Origin: Bacteroidaceae bacterium
Lineage (GTDB): Bacteria > Bacteroidota > Bacteroidia > Bacteroidales > Bacteroidaceae
Direction of reading: 5' to 3'
Length of the DNA: 64,000 nt
NCBI GenBank assembly: GCA_900770665.1
Contig: CAAGKZ010000045.1
Span: forward strand, 1,104-65,103
How positions within the stretch are numbered: position 1 is the stretch's first letter; each line of letters starts with the position of its first letter. This document shows, one piece after another, positions 62,054 through 64,000 of this stretch. A program made the translations under genes and the position numbers. Under the pieces are notes generated by a model. That model did not search any database and was not told where the DNA came from. It was given only the letters and a program-made list of their open reading frames with translations.

Positions 62054-62082
62054 TATGTAATAACCTTATATTATATATATGG

Positions 62083-62111
62083 GATGGCGGCGTTGGTCGC
62101 CATCTTTTTTT
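62083..62111 (+). terminator. intrinsic terminator after mdh
   Basis: GATGGCG-GCGTTGGT-CGCCATC stem-loop followed by UUUUUUUUG. Confidence 0.8.
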
Positions 62112-62173
62112 GTACTAATACAGGGTATTTGTCTAAACTTTCACCCTATTTGTGCAAAAAACAGTCCGAAAGT

Positions 62174-62204
62174 TTTGCCAATTGAGAAAAAGTATCTACT
62201 TTTG
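62174..62204 (+). promoter_or_regulatory. Bacteroidetes-type promoter (-33 TTTG / -7 TACTTTTG) for rpsU
   Basis: TTTG lies at 62174-62177 and TACTTTTG at 62197-62204, with a 19-nt spacer. Confidence 0.6.
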
Positions 62205-62258
62205 CGCTGCATTTTGTCTAAAGTGAAAAATAATATAAACTAAATAATTAAATAGGAA

Positions 62259-62450
62259 ATGATTGTAGTACCTGTTAAGGAGGGCGAGAACATTGAAAGA
62301 GCTCTCAAGAAATTCAAGAGAAAATTCGAGAAAACCGGTGTTGTTAAGGAGTTGCGCGCGCGTCAGCAGTTCGACAAGCCTTCAGTTTTGAAGCGTTTGA
62401 AGATGGAGCACGCTATCTACGTGCAGAAGCTTCGTGCTAACGAGGAATAA
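62259..62450 (+). CDS. rpsU: 30S ribosomal protein S21
   Basis: 63 aa. MIVVPVKEGENIERALKKFKRKFEKTGVVKELRARQ is a clear bS21 sequence. Confidence 0.95.
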   Translation: MIVVPVKEGENIERALKKFKRKFEKTGVVKELRARQQFDKPSVLKRLKMEHAIYVQKLRANEE

Positions 62451-62490
62451 TTTCCCGTTTTTTCTTGTTTTTTAATTAAAACTGATTTAT

Positions 62491-62527
62491 ATTCGTTGCC
62501 GGAAGACTATCTCTTTCGGCAACGAAT
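62491..62527 (+). promoter_or_regulatory. 11-bp perfect stem-loop abutting the xerC start codon
   Basis: ATTCGTTGCCG (62491-62501) pairs with CGGCAACGAAT (62517-62527) around a 15-nt loop. The ATG follows at 62528. Confidence 0.5.
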
Positions 62528-63415
62528 ATGTTTATAGACTCATTCATCGGGTATTTGAGAGTCGAGAGGCATTACTCGGCGCACACAGTGCGGGCGTACG
62601 AGCGCGACCTTCTCGCTTTCAAGGATTATGTGGCCCGTCTGGATGAGTCGCTTATGTTTTATGAGGCCGACACCGATGTTGTCCGCTCGTGGGTGGCATC
62701 GATGATGGATGCCGGCGCAGCTCCTTCAACTGTTTGCCGCAAGCTCAGCACCCTGCGCTCGTTCTTTGCCTTTGTCCGTGCCAACTGTAGTGTCGCGCAG
62801 AACCCTGTTGCAAGCCTCAAAGGTCCCAAGTGTCGTAAGAAACTGCCGTCCTTTGTAAAGGAGGATGATATGAACAGGCTTATCGATAACGTTGCCTTTG
62901 GTGATGGCTATGTTGCCTGTCGCGACAAGATGATACTGCAGCTCTTTTATGAGACCGGAGTGCGATTGTCCGAGCTTGTGGGGCTTGACCTCTCCTCGGT
63001 TGATATGCAGGCCTGTACCGTCAAGGTTCTTGGAAAGCGCAACCGTGAGCGCATTATTCCTTTTGCTGCCGGCTTGAAGGCTGCTTTAGAGCTGTATCTC
63101 GGTGAACGCGAAGCGTTTGCTCCACGCTCATGTGATGCTCTCTTCCTTTCGTCCAAAGGAGAGCGTATTACGCCGGGTGCTGTCTACAGAATGGTGAGGA
63201 CGCGCCTTAATGATGTTACCTCTGTGAAGAAAAAGAGTCCGCACGTTCTGCGCCACTCCTTTGCAACGGCAATGCTCAACAACAATGCCGAGATTGGAGC
63301 TGTTAAGGAGTTGTTGGGGCACCGTAGGTTGGCAACCACGGAGATATACACCCATCTCAGTTTTGAGGATTTGAAAGGATTTTATGAGAAGGCTCATCCC
63401 AGAGCCGGTAAATGA
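62528..63415 (+). CDS. xerC: tyrosine recombinase XerC/XerD family
   Basis: 295 aa with HVLRHSFATAML and LLGHRRLATTEIYTH catalytic motifs. The rpsU-xerC-hpf synteny is typical of Bacteroidales. Confidence 0.85.
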   Translation: MFIDSFIGYLRVERHYSAHTVRAYERDLLAFKDYVARLDESLMFYEADTDVVRSWVASMMDAGAAPSTVCRKLSTLRSFFAFVRANCSVAQNPVASLKGPKCRKKLPSFVKEDDMNRLIDNVAFGDGYVACRDKMILQLFYETGVRLSELVGLDLSSVDMQACTVKVLGKRNRERIIPFAAGLKAALELYLGEREAFAPRSCDALFLSSKGERITPGAVYRMVRTRLNDVTSVKKKSPHVLRHSFATAMLNNNAEIGAVKELLGHRRLATTEIYTHLSFEDLKGFYEKAHPRAGK

Positions 63416-63437
63416 TAAATTTAAACGTTTTAAATTT

Positions 63438-63443
63438 AGGAGG
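63438..63443 (+). promoter_or_regulatory. canonical Shine-Dalgarno AGGAGG, 7 nt upstream of the hpf ATG
   Basis: TTTAGGAGGTTTAATTATG. I saw no other start codon in this window with a comparable SD. Confidence 0.6.
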
Positions 63444-63450
63444 TTTAATT

Positions 63451-63738
63451 ATGGTAACAAGAATTCAATCTGTTCATTTCGATGCATCACAGCAGTTGAT
63501 GGAGTTCGTGGAGAAAAAAGTTGCGAAGTTGGACAAACTTTGTGAAGGTGCAACAGCCCTTGAGGTGACAATGAAACTGATTAAGCCCGAGACTGCCAAG
63601 AACAAGGAAGTCGCTTTGCGCGTTTCGGCAGCCGGTGGTGATCTTTTTGCCTCAAAGACAAGCGACACATTTGAAGATGCTCTCCTTGGTGCGATTGACG
63701 CGGTAAAGACACAGGCCGAGAAGAATAAGAATAAATAA
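63451..63738 (+). CDS. hpf: ribosome hibernation factor (HPF/RaiA, short form)
   Basis: 95 aa. The IQSVHFDASQQLMEFVEKKVAKLDK start is typical of the S30AE/HPF family. The track start at 63412 overlaps xerC. Confidence 0.85.
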   Translation: MVTRIQSVHFDASQQLMEFVEKKVAKLDKLCEGATALEVTMKLIKPETAKNKEVALRVSAAGGDLFASKTSDTFEDALLGAIDAVKTQAEKNKNK

Positions 63739-63779
63739 ATATCTTATATCCCCAGAGATGGGGTGTTGACTGAAATTTG

Positions 63780-63821
63780 AAGCAGACCATCTTTGGCATA
63801 GAGCTCGGATGGTCTGCTTTT
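63780..63821 (+). terminator. intrinsic terminator after hpf
   Basis: AAGCAGACCATC/GATGGTCTGCTT forms a 12-bp perfect stem with a 16-nt loop, ending in UUUUG. Confidence 0.7.
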
Positions 63822-63918
63822 GTGGTAGTGTGAAATGCGCTTGAGGGGGAAATTCTTGTTGTTTTTTGATAAAAACGCAGGAAAAATGCGGTTTTTTCAA
63901 AAAAAAAGTCGAAAATGT

Positions 63919-63948
63919 TTTGTAGTTAAAAAAAAAGCCATACCTTTG
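63919..63948 (+). promoter_or_regulatory. Bacteroidetes-type promoter (-33 TTTG / -7 TACCTTTG), probably for a tRNA operon
   Basis: TTTG lies at 63919-63922 and TACCTTTG at 63941-63948, with an 18-nt spacer. Confidence 0.5.
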
Positions 63949-63988
63949 CACTCGCTTTACAACGGTAACAGCGCTACAAATGATGACC

Positions 63989-64000
63989 GCCTCTTTAGCT
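63989..64000 (+). tRNA. possible 5' end of a tRNA (only 12 nt in the window)
   Basis: GCCTCTT-TA-GCT fits a 7-nt acceptor arm, U8/A9 and the start of a GCUC D-stem. A tRNA cluster follows hpf in the Bacteroides genomes I recall. Far too short to type. Confidence 0.3.

Noticed and set aside
62528-63415. Tyrosine recombinase next to a tRNA promoter as the marker of an integrated mobile element
   Set aside because: rpsU-xerC-hpf followed by tRNAs is the conserved housekeeping arrangement I recall for Bacteroidales. The protein has the XerC/D size and motifs. No att-like repeats, phage or conjugation genes are present in the window.

Overview
This 64-kb chromosomal segment looks like a T9SS-positive Bacteroidales genome. 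The evidence is the gene content and synteny (porU-porV; uppS-bamA-skp-skp-murI; rpsU-xerC-hpf followed by a tRNA), TAnnTTTG -7 promoter boxes, and A-rich leaders almost devoid of Shine-Dalgarno sequences. GC is about 50% by eye.

The window is densely coding on both strands (about 56 CDS) and almost entirely housekeeping:
- Biosynthesis: argH (partial; missing from the ORF track because it runs off the left edge), pyrE, ribD, ribF, ispF, uppS, purD, argB, speA, aroK.
- Envelope biogenesis: porU, porV, bamA, three Skp/OmpH paralogs, murI, a LolE-like permease, waaA, secDF, an LTA-synthase-like enzyme, two rhomboids.
- Translation and nucleic-acid functions: argS, gltX, rpsU, hpf, rbfA, yciH, topA, xerC, rnhA, a THUMP methyltransferase.
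- Central metabolism: gpmI, mdh.

I found no mobile element, CRISPR array, prophage, toxin-antitoxin or recognisable defence system, and no convincing novel multi-gene system.

The best leads are non-coding or architectural:
1. A tandemly duplicated ~150-nt hairpin-rich module between yciH and pyrE, with compensatory base-pair changes.
2. A Rex-operator-like site in front of a tightly packed rex-FAH-porU-porV string.
3. Two inverted (C/G)TGAAA(A/G) heptanucleotide arrays in gene 3' regions, bracketing 6.5 kb of core genes.
4. A canonical AGGAGG Shine-Dalgarno in front of hpf, in an otherwise SD-free context next to rpsU.
5. Several lineage-specific protein insertions or truncations.

All protein calls rest on motif recognition and remembered family features and synteny. 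No database search was possible.
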